A DNA stretch of 62,940 bases, filler included, from Octopus bimaculoides (GCF_001194135.2; 5 parts of 4 records of this genome joined end to end with filler, not necessarily neighbours in it), one strand, 5' to 3'. Positions 49,141-62,719 are shown, numbered from the whole stretch's first letter. Notes: generated from the sequence alone by a model not told the origin. Program-made: numbers and translations.

Positions 49141-50864
49141 TTATTGTTATTGCCCTATGCGTGTAAACAAAAGCAGGGTATTGTAATCTCTCGTCTTTGT
49201 CTGTCTGGGTTTTTGCTAAATTACTGGAAAATGGCTGAACAGATTTTCATCACATATGGCAGAAATATTCATTAGGTGAGTGGCTTGAAATGATGAACAT
49301 TTTGTTTGATTATCTTTGAAAAATAAAAAATTTTAAAAATCGGACTTACAAATTTCCTGATAAGCAAGTGGTCAATACTTTGTTCATTTTCTTTTTCATA
49401 TGTATCGACCCATGTCTGTGTGTGTATAGATCATGGTGTACCTATGCGTGTAGACATGTGGGTACATGTATACATACACAGATATGTGACTGCATGTATG
49501 TGTACAGTGATGGATTCGAGGGTTTCGTTTATTTATAAGTTGATTTCTTAATTTCACTGGAGTATAACTACCTATAATGGTGATGCTTAAAAATAAAGGG
49601 TAAGCAACTCCTTGTAAGCCACACTGTAACTTGGGAAAAAATTTATCTGCATCACCCCTTCAATGCTTTCTTTTCCATTATTTATTTTATTCAATTTTAG
49701 AAAAATTGAAGCCAGTCTTTGACAATTCCAGAACATCTTGAACTTATTTTGTGCATGACTTTTAGCCCACCTTGTATATTGTGAAAATATGATATTGACC
49801 TCCCTCACTTCACAAAATCACTTGTTTCAATGGGTTTCAACAATATAATGACAATGATATATACATTTGTTATCCCACCACATTTTTTTTCTCAAAGTAA
49901 ATTTATTCTGAATATAGTGGCTTCTCCACGAAAGAGTTAACCACTTGCTTGCCTAGAATTAGAGGCAGAGATGAAAAATAGCAGACGTCAAGAGGCAGAG
50001 ATCAGATGTCAAAGGTGTGAAGAGTGACTCGCACTTCCTTGTCCCCTTCCCTGCAATAAATGCCCCTGGCTCTTCTATACTGCCCTTGGCTTGGACAGCC
50101 ACCTGGCACAAAAATTAACTAAAATTAACTAGAAAAAAAAAACAAACAACCCAACAAGAAACAAAAAACAAAATAGGTTCCAAAATGATTCAAAAATAGA
50201 ATTCTCGAAAAAAATAGATTCCAAAATTAAAAAAAAACTCAATGAGGGAGTGTCTACATCAGGTAAAGCTAACTTTTTCCAAGAAGCGGGCCGTATGAGA
50301 CATGACTCATCATCAGGCGGGCCGCACTACTAAAGATTTCAATGTAATTATGAAATTTGTTGGAGTGACATCGAGAAAATCCTGCGGGGCGCAGTTTGCC
50401 TATGACTTCTACAGTCACCCACTTAGAAACAAAAGCTCGGTTAAAAGATATTCCATTTTTAAAAGGGAAGACGCTTTAGAAATGTGGTTCTATTTGTATA
50501 AAAAATACTGGAAAAGCTGAGAGTCACGTCTAGGACGCTTTTGATCGTGGATCTACTTGGATCAGGCTGAATGTATTGCAAAACAAACAAAAAACATTAA
50601 AAATATTCAACAGTAATCGAATTTTAAAGGGAGATAACTCTAAAATTAAGGTTCATGAATTGTCTCCCTTAAAAATGGTTATTTGAATTGCAGTAACATT
50701 AGTTACCGAAATGTAATATTCCAGGCGAAAAATTTTGGTTTTTCTGTCATTTTGGAGAGTGGATTTACAAACTCCTGGCCAATGGTTCATAGATGTGCTC
50801 TTTCTCTTGTAGTTTTCGAACAACGTTGGTGTCCAGAGGGCAACTGATTTTCACCAATCTGTAT

Positions 50865-51188
<324 letters not shown>

Positions 51189-51674
51189 ATGTCTACTAAA
51201 CATAAAGTTTGTTTGGACATGGAAATCAGAACACTTCACTTCTTGTTTTTCGTCTTGCTGCGAATACAACTAACGGAAGCTCTTTTCTCTCCACATATAT
51301 CTCCCCTGCTGATATTAAGGAGACATCTAATAGAGCAGAAACAAGTGTCTACAGCTACCTTCCTGTCTTTGGACAATCAAACTGTTCTTTTCCTAAAGCC
51401 ACGCCAGCTATATCTGATCTCACCAGCTAGGTGGACACCGGAATGTAGTGAAGAATATTTTAGATGTATTATATTTTTGTCAAGTCCCACTGTTTAAAAA
51501 AAATATTCACTAATGTAGCGTGTATAATACATCTGTAAGCCTGCTTTCTAAACATTAAGAAATAAAATGGAGGGAGGAGAAAGAGCCTGTCATCTGATCG
51601 CCACTAGCAGGGAACAAATTATTGGGATTTATTGTTTTAGGAACAGCAAATTGAAGCTCACAGAGTTTCAAAAC

Positions 51675-51810
51675 TTGGCGCCAAAAGTCAATATGGGTTG
51701 TGATTGGTGAACAACTATGAACGAGACGTGAATATCAATGAGCTGAACGTTAAATCATGCTTTGAGCCAATCCTATATAAAAAAAAGTCATAGAATAATG
51801 AATGACGTCA
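51675..51810. promoter_or_regulatory. Candidate Pol II promoter motif cluster
   Basis: TTGGCGCCAA (E2F-like) 51675, ATTGG 51703, CCAAT 51767, TATATAAAA 51774, TGACGTCA 51803. Confidence 0.4.
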
Positions 51811-51948
51811 CCTCAGCTTGATAGGAGGCTGGGTAACACGGGTTAGTGATATCTTAGAAAATAGCCAGTTACTTGATATGGCACTGGTTAGTGATTTTAC
51901 ATGGGTTAAGCAGTAACTTGATAGGATACTGGGAGACGTTGTCTAGTG

Positions 51949-52257
51949 CAGTGTTTCTCAACCGTTTTTTATTTACAAATCCCTTTGATCACTGTTTCAC
52001 TCTGGTGGACCCCATTGCCACTCGAAATTTTAAAAAACTAATTTTACAGGTAAATTCCTATTTTGTTGTTCACACATTAGCTCGTGTAGTCTGAATTATG
52101 TAAAACGTTAGATAAAGAAGTTGTGCTGCTTCTTGCCATAAATACAGCTAAAGCAAATTTTTGTCATGAGCCCTTAAAATACTACTGTAGATCCCCAATT
52201 TACTGTTTTGCTTATGTGGACCCCAGGAGTCATATGAACTCCAGTTGAGAACCACTG
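51949..52257. mobile_element. hAT-Charlie-type MITE
   Basis: TIRs CAGTGTTTCTCAAC and GTTGAGAACCACTG; degenerate 8-bp TSD gtctagtg/gttttgtg. Confidence 0.85.
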
Positions 52258-54381
52258 GTTTTGTGATGTCATGGGAGGTAGTCAGTCACTCCATGTGTGT
52301 CTAAGATATTACAACCTTGTGTTAACCTTTGTTTAAGATGGTGACTTTTGATTTGTGGCAAATACGGTTACTTTTTTCTTGAAGGTTAAGTTGCTTTGTT
52401 GAGGTTCTGTCGACGTTTCAACCATCAATATAAATGACATTGGAACCACGTGAGGGTATGTTTCTTACTTTAGTTCTATTTTGCATAACTAAGGTGAGAT
52501 TAAACTATCATGAAATGGATTTGAATTCGATACTATAAACTAATAAGCAGGCTGTCACTTAAACTGCTTACTATGCCGGACCGGCGATAATAAAAGTAAG
52601 TTAGTTCTCAAATAAACTGCTAAAAGTACTGGACTAGTGAGCTATACATGTAGCCTGGAAATATTTTGAAGATATTACTTCCTTATACACTTTGATTTTC
52701 TGAACGTCAAACGCCATCTATCTGAAGGGTTACTCTGGATTAAACACTACAAATATTGTTTATATTCACGTATTTTAAAACAGCAGACTTGGCGGATTAT
52801 TTCCATCAAGATGTTCACCAAACGTAAACATAACTTGCTTCCTAGATTTGTCTTAACTTGATTATATCTTGTAATGTATTGTCAAAGCAGTACTTCAAAT
52901 TGTCGGCTGACCGTTTTAGAAATAGGAGCCATCTCTTTTTGAAATTACACCCCATCGTCATAAAACGGGACAGAAATATCGGGTAATAGACTCTTATCCC
53001 CGCAATTTCTAAGAGAGACATGAGATGGGCATGGCAAGAATATTTTTGTATATAATTCTACTCAGTCAAATGTTCGTAACTGCACTGTTATATATGATGT
53101 GAATATTTTTGCTTATATATTATCACGCCCCTTACGTCCGAATAATCGGATACGTGAAATTCAGACTTACGAATCATGACGTTTTAGCTTGTAATGAAAC
53201 ATACAAACTAAGTATTAAAGTACTTTTTTAGTTTACAGACTAATAAAATTGGTCGAAAACTGTCTAGAGACTGAGCGACAAAAACACAAAATGGGAAAAA
53301 GATGCCCTGAAATTTTCTCCAATGAATGTTCCGACCCACCAAAGTGTCCGTTGAACGATTAAGTGGAGGAAAAAAAATTTCCTTATGAACTTAAGATGGA
53401 AGACATATGTCTTTGGTATTGCTATCACAAAGGAATACAAGTTCGGCTTCAGAAGTTTTAAATGCATCTCCACAATATAATGAAAAGGAACAGTTAAACA
53501 AATATTATCCAACTGTCAAAACATATCACATAGCGAACAAGCAAAACTCACCTCATCTATGTAACTGTAGCATCTGTCATATCATACCCTTAGGGGTGTA
53601 TGTTTCTCTAAAGCATTAGCTTACTTAAGGTTTGTCTCGCAAATCACAGTCAAACAATAAAAGGTTTACTGAATCTTTCTTAAAAAAAATTCCATCTCAC
53701 CACATCACTCTCCAAATGTATCTAGAATGACAACATTAATACATTAACAATAAATAGTAAGGCTGATTAGTTCACTATACAACACGCGTCTCCCAACATT
53801 GATGATGTCAGAAAGTGTAATCTATGTCTCTGGGAGAAGCATTACATCCTATTTTAGTTTTTTTGAAACTGAGACAAGATGGGAACTGGTGAATATTTAC
53901 AGTCATTTATATTGCTTTTTTAGCCGGCTAAAACCATTTATTTCAGATTTAATTAAGTTGCCATACTCAGAAAAAAAAATTCTATAATTTATCAGCACTA
54001 AAACTTTCAATATAAAAATTGCTTTCCTTGCTGATTTGTGTGCTTTAAATATGATACTGGATACTCATGATCAAGTAGATTTGCAAATGAATAGATGAAT
54101 GGTCACATATTCCGTGTATGATAATTGATTAAATGAAATGATGACAATTTCTAATAGCGTTTTGCAACCAATCGAAACTCGATGACGAATCGTACTTTAA
54201 TGTGCTTAAGAATAATTTCGCTAATAAATCGTAACTTTACATCTCAACATCAATCGTTCCATTAATTTGCAACTTCAAACTCAGAGTAAACGATTCAAGA
54301 AGTTTCAGCTTCTGATGATATACATAAACTCTAGGTATTGGCTACTGTAAGTACAAATATTTTCACCATTTCACACACACA

Positions 54382-54417
<36 letters not shown>

Positions 54418-54811
54418 TGCACGCACGCACGCACACACACACACACACAACCACACACACACACATTCATGTAAATGCATACATCATATGTAAATATTTG
54501 TTTGTGTACATGTGTGTGTGTGTGCTATTGTGTGCGTGCGCATGTAGCGTCTATATGTGAAATTCCTTGAAGAATTTCTCGTCTAGTCCAGAGTTTTCTA
54601 TATTTCTTCATATGGTCATTATGACGTCACAATATCAGAAACGTTTCTTTCAAGACCTTCGTTTCAAATAATATTCAGTCTCTTTCAACCTTTCACGGTG
54701 ATTAGAGGCTAGGGAATGTGTGCGCCGGGAGACGCACCCGGACACCTGAAGACTAGAGTGAAGTCAGAGTCATCTTCACCTTGTTTTTGGTGTTTGTGGG
54801 GATATTTTATG

Positions 54812-55222
54812 AGCAGACCCTAACAGGTGTGCCCTCCACACAATTGTTTCCTCATAACTTTCAGAAAGAAAAGATATCTTTAAAAGAAATATTCGACAAA
54901 TACCTCTCAGATAGCGTACATTACGACTTTAACGGAATTTTATGTAAAAAAAATAGAGGTCGCGCACACATATATATACTGACACACATCCCAATCTATT
55001 TTCAAAATTTCAAGATCCATTTTGTGGATATATATGTTATGTTTCTCAGTATACATACGTGTAATTTCCTCTCTCATTTTTTTTTCACATTAAATTCCGA
55101 TATAATCATAATCTACACCACCTGAGAAGCATTTGTAGAAAATTTCATTAAAATCATACCCATTTTTTTTTTTTGCAGTTATTAGGAAACAAAGTTGGAA
55201 ACACAATTGTGAGGGTCTGCCG
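54812..55222. mobile_element. Old MITE-like element with long (about 150-bp) diverged TIRs
   Basis: 54845-54960 is roughly 75% identical to the reverse complement of 55070-55191; related sequence lies at about 22200-22340. Confidence 0.7.
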
Positions 55223-56369
55223 TTTTATGCACCTTTGAGTTCTTAAACACCCTCTATAACATGCTGGTTGGTACCATAACATAGTTACAAGGTGTTTGGT
55301 ATTGTTCCTTCAACCGTATGAACTCTTAGTCAGGTAATTTCAGGACAGGAAACCTGGAGGTTCCAACCAGAAACGATACTTCACTTTCGATATATTCACA
55401 CAGAATATTTCATTATAAACAATCGTGTAACTGTAAAGGGATATGATAGTGAGGATCAGTAAATAAAAATCGTACATGAAATATTCCTTTCAACAAGGCT
55501 TGAAATTTGGTGGAGTGAGTAGTTGATCATATTGACCCAAAATCTTGACTGGCACTTATATTATCAACTACAAAATGAATTTGAACTCAGATTACAAAAA
55601 GTGTACGAAAAGCTGCCGGCGTGCTAACCAATCTGCGACTCACCACCTTATGAACACGAATAATGGATACTCAACATATAGTCCACGGGTAGATGTAGAG
55701 AGTAGGGTTATAAACTCGGTAAGTGTTTAAATATTGCAAATTTGCTGCTATTAAAATGTTTGATAATATTTTCATGATATTTCGATTATAATGAAGGCGA
55801 AATTGTGTCTGTCTATATTTCCTCTACATAGTCATATTATACCTTTTTGGAATGAGAATGATCCCGGAATTGAAAATCTACCCTTAAGTTGGTTCTCGAA
55901 CATCCAGTATTGGGATGTGATTTAAAAGTATTTTTGGGTTGCTACTTCTAGCAGGTAAAGCTTGGCTGATTCTCGCCATCTTACTTGACGTTTGTCTGAT
56001 GACGTCAGGGATAAAGGGGGAGATAAATGACACTCGCTTCGTTAATTTTACGTCCAGAAAAGAACTTTGGGACAAATTGATCGACAGTTGTAATTCAACT
56101 TTGGACTGGAATGAAAGAATGATTGCATCAGATAATTAATTCTTATCCATCCTTAACGTCTTATCAAACACCAGCGAGGCATATAATCATTATAGACATA
56201 TTATATTTATGATATTTAGCGCTGCTTTGTTTTGTGCCGCAGCCCCAACTAGTCCTCCGCATGAGCTATGTTAAAAGTCCGCGCAGAGTGAAACTTTTAA
56301 GCTAGTCTCTAATAAAGTAGTTGCTTCATTAATTGTTCGATAGTTTCCGTATCAACACTATAGCTGCAA

Positions 56370-57350
56370 ACGCAATTTGACAATATGCCACCCATGATGA
56401 ATGCGATTACTGCAGCATTGGGCCTTACAATCAACTTGAAAAAAAATGTTCTAATGTACAAGCCTATCTCCCCTAAGCTCTATGTGGAACCTTTTATAGG
56501 AGTGAATGATCAAAGGTTAGAAGTTGTAACTAAATTCATTTATCTAGGAAGTACTTTGAGCACTTCTGGTCTTGATGAAATTTCATATATAATCAGCAAG
56601 GCTAGTAATGCTTTTGGTAGGCTTTACAAGAGTCTATGGTCACGCTATTGTATATCATTCCAAATTTTAGTTGGGGTTTATAACACGTGTCCTGCCATCT
56701 TTGCTATATGATAGTGAGACATGGGTTGTTTATCGGAGGCATTTAAGGCATTTGAAACGATATCTTCAATATTATCTTAGAAAAATTCTTGGGATGAATT
56801 GGAAAATAGCTATCAGTGATGTGAAGGTACTTGAGAGAAGTGGTAGTAGAAGCGTAGAATCAATGATTCTGCGAAGTCGTTTGAAGTGGGGTGGACATCT
56901 GGTACGAATGAATGATGAAAGACTTCTCAAGCAACTTTTGTATGGTGGGCTGGAAGATAGTAGGAGACCAGCATATAAACCCAAAATGAGGTTCAATGAC
57001 TGCCTAAAAATTGCTCTGACACAGACAGGAATTTTATTTGGGAGACTGTGGGAGGAGGTGCTTGAGTCGTGTGGGCCTGGTTAGCCATCAGAGAACTCAC
57101 AAGAATTGACCTACGGTAAACTGTACTGTGGCTATTGTTCACAACAGAACATGTGCAACACGTAGAAAGGGGTGCCGCTCGGTTGGAGGATTGAAAGGCA
57201 TGTCAAAAGAGTTCATACTGTGGCACCTGTTCCCTTTGCCAGTCAGCACAGCTGTGCATTATGTAACAGAATGTGCAAAACTTTTGTTGGGCTCAAGAGT
57301 CACACAAGGGCCTCAGATTGCATCAACAATGACTAATTTCAGTGATTCTT
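56370..57350 (+). mobile_element. 5'-truncated RTE-clade LINE
   Basis: GLTINLKK, FIYLGSTLS, KASNAFGRL, VLPSLLYDSETW, RLKWGGHLVRMNDERLLKQLLYG and a C-terminal C2H2-like segment. Confidence 0.92.
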
Positions 57351-57459
57351 TCTAGCAATGGTTTTGCTCGTATACGAGAAAGCAGCTAATATATATATAT
57401 ATATATATATATATANNNNNNNNNNNNNNNNNNNNNNNNNNNNNNNNNNNNNNNNNNNN

Positions 57460-57471
57460 TTAATTAATTAA
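57460..57471. other. Artificial gap linker TTAATTAATTAA
   Basis: Centred in an N block. Confidence 0.9.
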
Positions 57472-58040
57472 NNNNNNNNNNNNNNNNNNNNNNNNNNNNN
57501 NNNNNNNNNNNNNNNATATATATATATATATATATATATACGTATATATATATGTATCCGTGTATAGAAGTTGTCTTAACACATCTACGTATAAAACATG
57601 TATACTTAGTATTTTCTGTCTCTTTAAACATATCAGTAGAACTAAAATTGATTAGAATTTAATTTAATTCTTTTATAAATTCTTATTTAATCTAAAAAAG
57701 CAAGATAAAGAATTTGCGAGGCTTCACAGTTTTACGCTCGAAAATCCAAGGTTTTGATGGATAGATAAACTCGTACATATGCACCGGGCATACACCTACA
57801 TGCGCACAAATGCTATGTGCACAACACGCAAGTGTGTGCACGAATGCACGTGCACACATACGCTCACACACACACACACACACGCACACACACACACACA
57901 CATACACATTGGGGTGTGTGTGTGTATTATGATTCCTTTTTTCATACTTCTGAGCAATAGACAAATGCATGTTCTGTACGTTGTTACATTACAAGTATCA
58001 AAATATGCGCATGCCTGTATTTATTCATTTATGTATATGA

Positions 58041-58133
<93 letters not shown>

Positions 58134-58544
58134 TATATATATATTTACAGATATATATGTATACGCCTGTTAGTTTCTGGTGACGGAATATCCCATACTC
58201 GAGGATATCCCAGAAACAGCTGTAAGTTTTTTGATTTCTTCCTGTCATAATAATGTATATGACTTGAGATATTTGCCTTACCTTAATGTTTGACGTCCTC
58301 TATAACAATTATATATCCGCTGCATCGGAAATCTGCAGTGGCTCCACAACTACCGTCTCGGTTATAACCTTGAAGACCTCATAATGAAATAAATATGTAC
58401 AAGGTATAAAAATAATTTTAAAAATATACAGTACAATACTGTTTCTACTTCGCGGATTTTCACCTATCACGGAGGCTTTTGGAACGCAACACCTGCGCTA
58501 GACTAAGTTGATTGGCTGACCAAGATACTTTTGATGGATAATGA

Positions 58545-58812
58545 CTAAATGAGGTTTATTTTTCAACATAGAGCCCCTTGCGGCCCACCCACGTTTTCCA
58601 TCGGTGTTACAGTGCTTGGCTCCCATTGGTCAAGAGCTTTCATCCTGACTGTCAAAAAAATCAAGGACATCAGACATGACGTCATCATCACTGAGGCACT
58701 GATTCTCAGCCAAATATTTTTTCATGTTGGGGAACAGCTGATATCAGAGGGAGCCAAATCGGGAAAATAGGGAAGCTGATCAACCAGTTCAAAACCACAT
58801 CATTCACAGCAG
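58545..58812 (-). mobile_element. mariner transposase 3' fragment
   Basis: GFELVDQLPYFPDLAPSD..LFPNMKK (from YSPDLAPSDY) on the minus strand. Confidence 0.85.
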
Positions 58813-58837
58813 GTGAATGACTGGAGTATTGTTTTCC

Positions 58838-59035
58838 TGTTCGTTTGGAAATTTTGGGGGAGAGGGTCAGTCGATTAGATCGACTCCAGTACGCAGCTGG
58901 TACTTAATTTATCGACCTCGAAAGGATGAAAGGCAAAGTCGACCTCGGCGGAATTTGAACTTAGAACATGTAAAGGCAGACGAAATAGTGCTAATCATTT
59001 CGCCCGGTCTGCTAACGTCTCTGCCAGCTCGCCTT
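58838..59035 (-). mobile_element. SINE family A, CpG-rich
   Basis: Reverse orientation with an intact core. Confidence 0.9.
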
Positions 59036-59080
59036 ATTTACATACATGCATACATACATACATACATACATACATACATA

Positions 59081-59116
<36 letters not shown>

Positions 59117-59394
59117 TATATATATATATATATATGTATATACACATATATATATACACACACACACAAGCACACATAGATATATGTGTAGTCAATGGTC
59201 GAATGTGTGTGTGTGTGTGTGTGCACGTGCTTGTATTTGTAGCCTGTATGTATGTGATTGTGCACTGTGTAATGTTGAAGTGTGTCTAAGGAGGTTCTAA
59301 GATGCCTCGATAGGACTTATGTTAGATGTCTTTGATATGCGGTGGATGATGTTTGTGTGTGTGTGCGTGCGCGCGTCTAGCAGAAAGATTTAGA

Positions 59395-60100
59395 AGTGTG
59401 TGTAGTGAACTGAGACATAAAACGTGTGGCTCTGAAAATTAAAACATTGCTCTTTCCGTAAAAGCTGACGTTCACAGATCTAGTGCGTAAGGCGCAGCCA
59501 AACGTGGTACGATGTTTTGTTGAATGGTCCACAGAGCGGAAGTGGTGAGAGACGGAGGTTTTGTTCATTAGTTTGGTGTGAACATAGTGTTTTTTGAATT
59601 GGTCAAGTAAACAGTTGAGTTTCATTAATGTACAAGGAATACAGAAAGAACTTTTCTGAAGCTAAATGAGGCCTGTGGAGATACACATGAAGGAATCAGA
59701 AATGTGGGAAGTCCAATGGCTGGGTTGTAGTATTGGTGAGGAGCGGACATTTGCTGTAATAAGACAGGGAACAAGGTCCCCTTGATCCAAAAATAGAAGG
59801 GCATAGTTAGTGTTATGGATGTAAAAAGCAAATAATGGTGAAAGAGTGGGGTCCGCTGGGGAGTCATACGTGAGAGCATAGGGAAACCTGGGTTGTCTTT
59901 GGATTTTGTGGAAAGAAACAGATGTTAGTGATGCAAGGCATTTGGAGAATGTGGTTAGTGGTAGTGGGGGGCGGGGAGAAGAAACGTATTCTACAAGCTG
60001 TTTGTAGGTGGACGTGGTGTTGGAGGGCAAATGGAAAGAAGATGTTGTAGTGAAGATGACAGAGGGTCTACGTCCTGCAGGGGTTGACTCACCGTTTTAC
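59395..60100 (-). mobile_element. Penelope-like element, GIY-YIG endonuclease region (decayed)
   Basis: ISDSFMCISTGLI...PCTL...LLDQFKKH...VSHHFRSVDHS resembles the FTC...LIYCI.C...YIGET...RF.EH...V..HF pattern of PLE GIY-YIG domains. Confidence 0.65.
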
Positions 60101-60519
60101 CACAACTACGTCTTTCTTTGACAGTTTTATAACAATATCCTGCCCGCGTCGGAAGTTGTGGAGTGGTGACACCCCAGCCTAGATGAAAGGCGTTTAGAAC
60201 ATTTTTTTAGAAGTGAAATCTCTTCTCTGTAGTGTTGCATGCATTGAAAAATAAGTTCAAGGTGTTGAACAGGCCGAGGGAAGGCATTCATTTGAATGGA
60301 CGGCGACACTAGTCCGAGAATCGAACCTGATTTGGTGAGGACTTGCGGAGTACTTTGGGAAAAAGAGCACAATGTTTGCTGCAGTGAATGAACTGCCTAA
60401 AGATGGTGCAAGTTCAAAATTTATCAGAGTAAAGTATAAGTATGAGGCTGTCACCGTGCAACTGGGGAGCTAGCGTTCGGCTTCGGTGAGAAGGAGGTCA
60501 TGTGGTATAGTTTCATATT

Positions 60520-60752
60520 TCTTTATTGCCCACAAGGGGTTACACATAGAGGGGGCAAACAAGGACAGACAAAGAGATTAAGTCGATTATATCGACCCCA
60601 GTGCGTAACTGGTACTTAATTTATCAACCCCGAAATGATGAAAGGCAAAGTCGACCTCGGCGAAATTTGAACTCAGAACGTAACGGCAGACAAAATACCG
60701 CTAAGCATTTCATTTCGTCCGGCGTGCTAACGTTTCTGCCAGCTCACCGCCT
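60520..60752 (-). mobile_element. SINE family A, CpG-rich
   Basis: Reverse orientation with an intact core and head. Confidence 0.9.
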
Positions 60753-60984
60753 TTTTGGTATAGTTTCAACTGTGTGTGTGGCTGTTGAGAACATGTGTGC
60801 GTTGGGGGAAGGCGTGAATTGTCGGGGATATAATCAGGGCTGTGGGAGTAATATAAATATGACTAAGTGTATGCACACCCTACATACATACACACACACA
60901 CACACACAAACACACATATATTTATGTATATATCTGTATAAAAATACGTATAAGTAAATATGCGAGCGCTTATTTCAGATGTTT

Positions 60985-61150
60985 AGTCGCATGTCCTGAA
61001 CTAAGGCTTTCTAGCCGTGACTATCCAGTCTTGTTTCTACGTCTAAGAAACGCAGTATTTTATTAAGCAACGTTTTCATTCCTAAGAGGATAAAGTGTGA
61101 TTTCAAGGAGGTTTAGCTGTTACTTCTAGTAGATCGAATAGTCACGAAGA
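60985..61150 (-). mobile_element. Repeat family E
   Basis: ttctagccgtgactatcc...gtgtgatttcaaggaggtttagctgttacttctagtag. Confidence 0.55.
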
Positions 61151-61279
61151 TTCTCCCTCGTTGATCCATGTATGTATATGTGTGTTAGTGTATATTTGTG
61201 TGCGGTTTTATATGTGTGCGTGCGTATATGTGTGTGTACATGTGTATATGTGTATGCGTATATATGCGTGTATATGCGC

Positions 61280-61316
<37 letters not shown>

Positions 61317-62113
61317 CGTGCGCGTTTAATCGAAATATTTCATTAGATACCCCTACAGACATGCGTTACAGTTGTTAGCGCTGCACCGGTGGTTAATCAC
61401 ATCTTGCAGGAATGCACCAGAAGAACACCAAAGTCAGTCTGGCATCAAAGCTAATGCCTTTCTTTATTCTTACGACGCAATAATCGATAAGAAATTCCAA
61501 TTGATAAGATAGTCTAATTGAAAATAGCAGCTAATTGATAAGATACGCTCTTGTGATAAGACATAGCAATTGATAAATGCACCAATTGATACAAAGCATT
61601 AATTCACTGAAATCGTGTAAGAAGAGACGGTTTACATCAGCTTGGGTGTGTATGTGTACGTGCGTGTGTGTGTGTGTGTGTATGTGCATGTGTGTTTTTG
61701 TAAGACGTGACAAATTATGTAGATTTAGCTTTATGACAGACATTCGCTTGAAAACAAAGTTTCTTTTATTTTCTAAAACAGCAGAATTTAAATAATGATT
61801 CTTTAATCTCCAGGTTATTCCATGTTTCGAAAAATCCTGGAAGTCTTCGCTTCTTGTAATATAGAATTATTTTATCTCCACTATAAGCTATTTTGTCAAT
61901 ATTATGTAAGGAATATTAACTGAATCACCGTATTTGCAGCGTTCAAAGACACTATTTTAATGAATCTGAAGAATTAGCAGCTGTCTTCGAGCAACGTAGT
62001 TAAACCTATTAGACATCAAACTCAATTCACTAAAGAAACATTTGACGAAAGTTTTTGGCCCTTTCCCGCCTTTATTAACGAGAAAATAAAATAAGGTTTC
62101 TGTTGTGTCTTAG

Positions 62114-62366
62114 GAGTCATTCTCTTTTAGTGCCTTATAATTTAACACACTCATCGGTAAAATTTCCACTCATTTACTTATTTATTTTTTACTAAAATTT
62201 TCGTTGCGTCTTGCAACCTTTTCAATAGATTGGATAATGGACAGAGCCAACGACAATAGAAAAGGTTGCAAGACGCAACGAAAATTTTAGAAAAATAAAT
62301 AAGTAAATGAGTGGAAATTTTACCAGTGAGTGTGTTAAATTATAAGGCACTAAAAGAGAATGACTC
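62114..62366. repeat. Near-perfect fold-back palindrome, about 110-bp arms, 35-nt spacer
   Basis: Arms 62114-62223 and 62259-62366: 2 substitutions and one 2-nt indel. Confidence 0.95.
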
Positions 62367-62719
62367 TCCCCAGATACAACAGAATATGCTTCAACACACG
62401 AACTCACATAAAGAATCTTGCAAACCAAATCCCAAAACGAAATAAAATAAGGTTTGCGGTTATGTAATTCTTCTTCCCGATGGTGTTTAAAGTTTAAAAA
62501 CGTTTAAATACCATATTCATTTTATTTAACATGGCAGCTTGTCCACCTCTATTGTAGCTTTTACAGCTTCCTTATTATAAGGAAATCTAACTTACTCTGA
62601 CAAAACACGGTCTTAAAGGACGAAGGACATAATCTTTCGTCAGCCAATTTGAATCTCAGAAGCGATTTATCTCTTAAAATTATTGAGTTTCTCTGCTGTA
62701 AAACTGTAAAAAATACCAC

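Noticed and set aside
51209-51430. 73-aa ORF after the (GA)n tract
   Set aside because: No recognisable domain or splice support.
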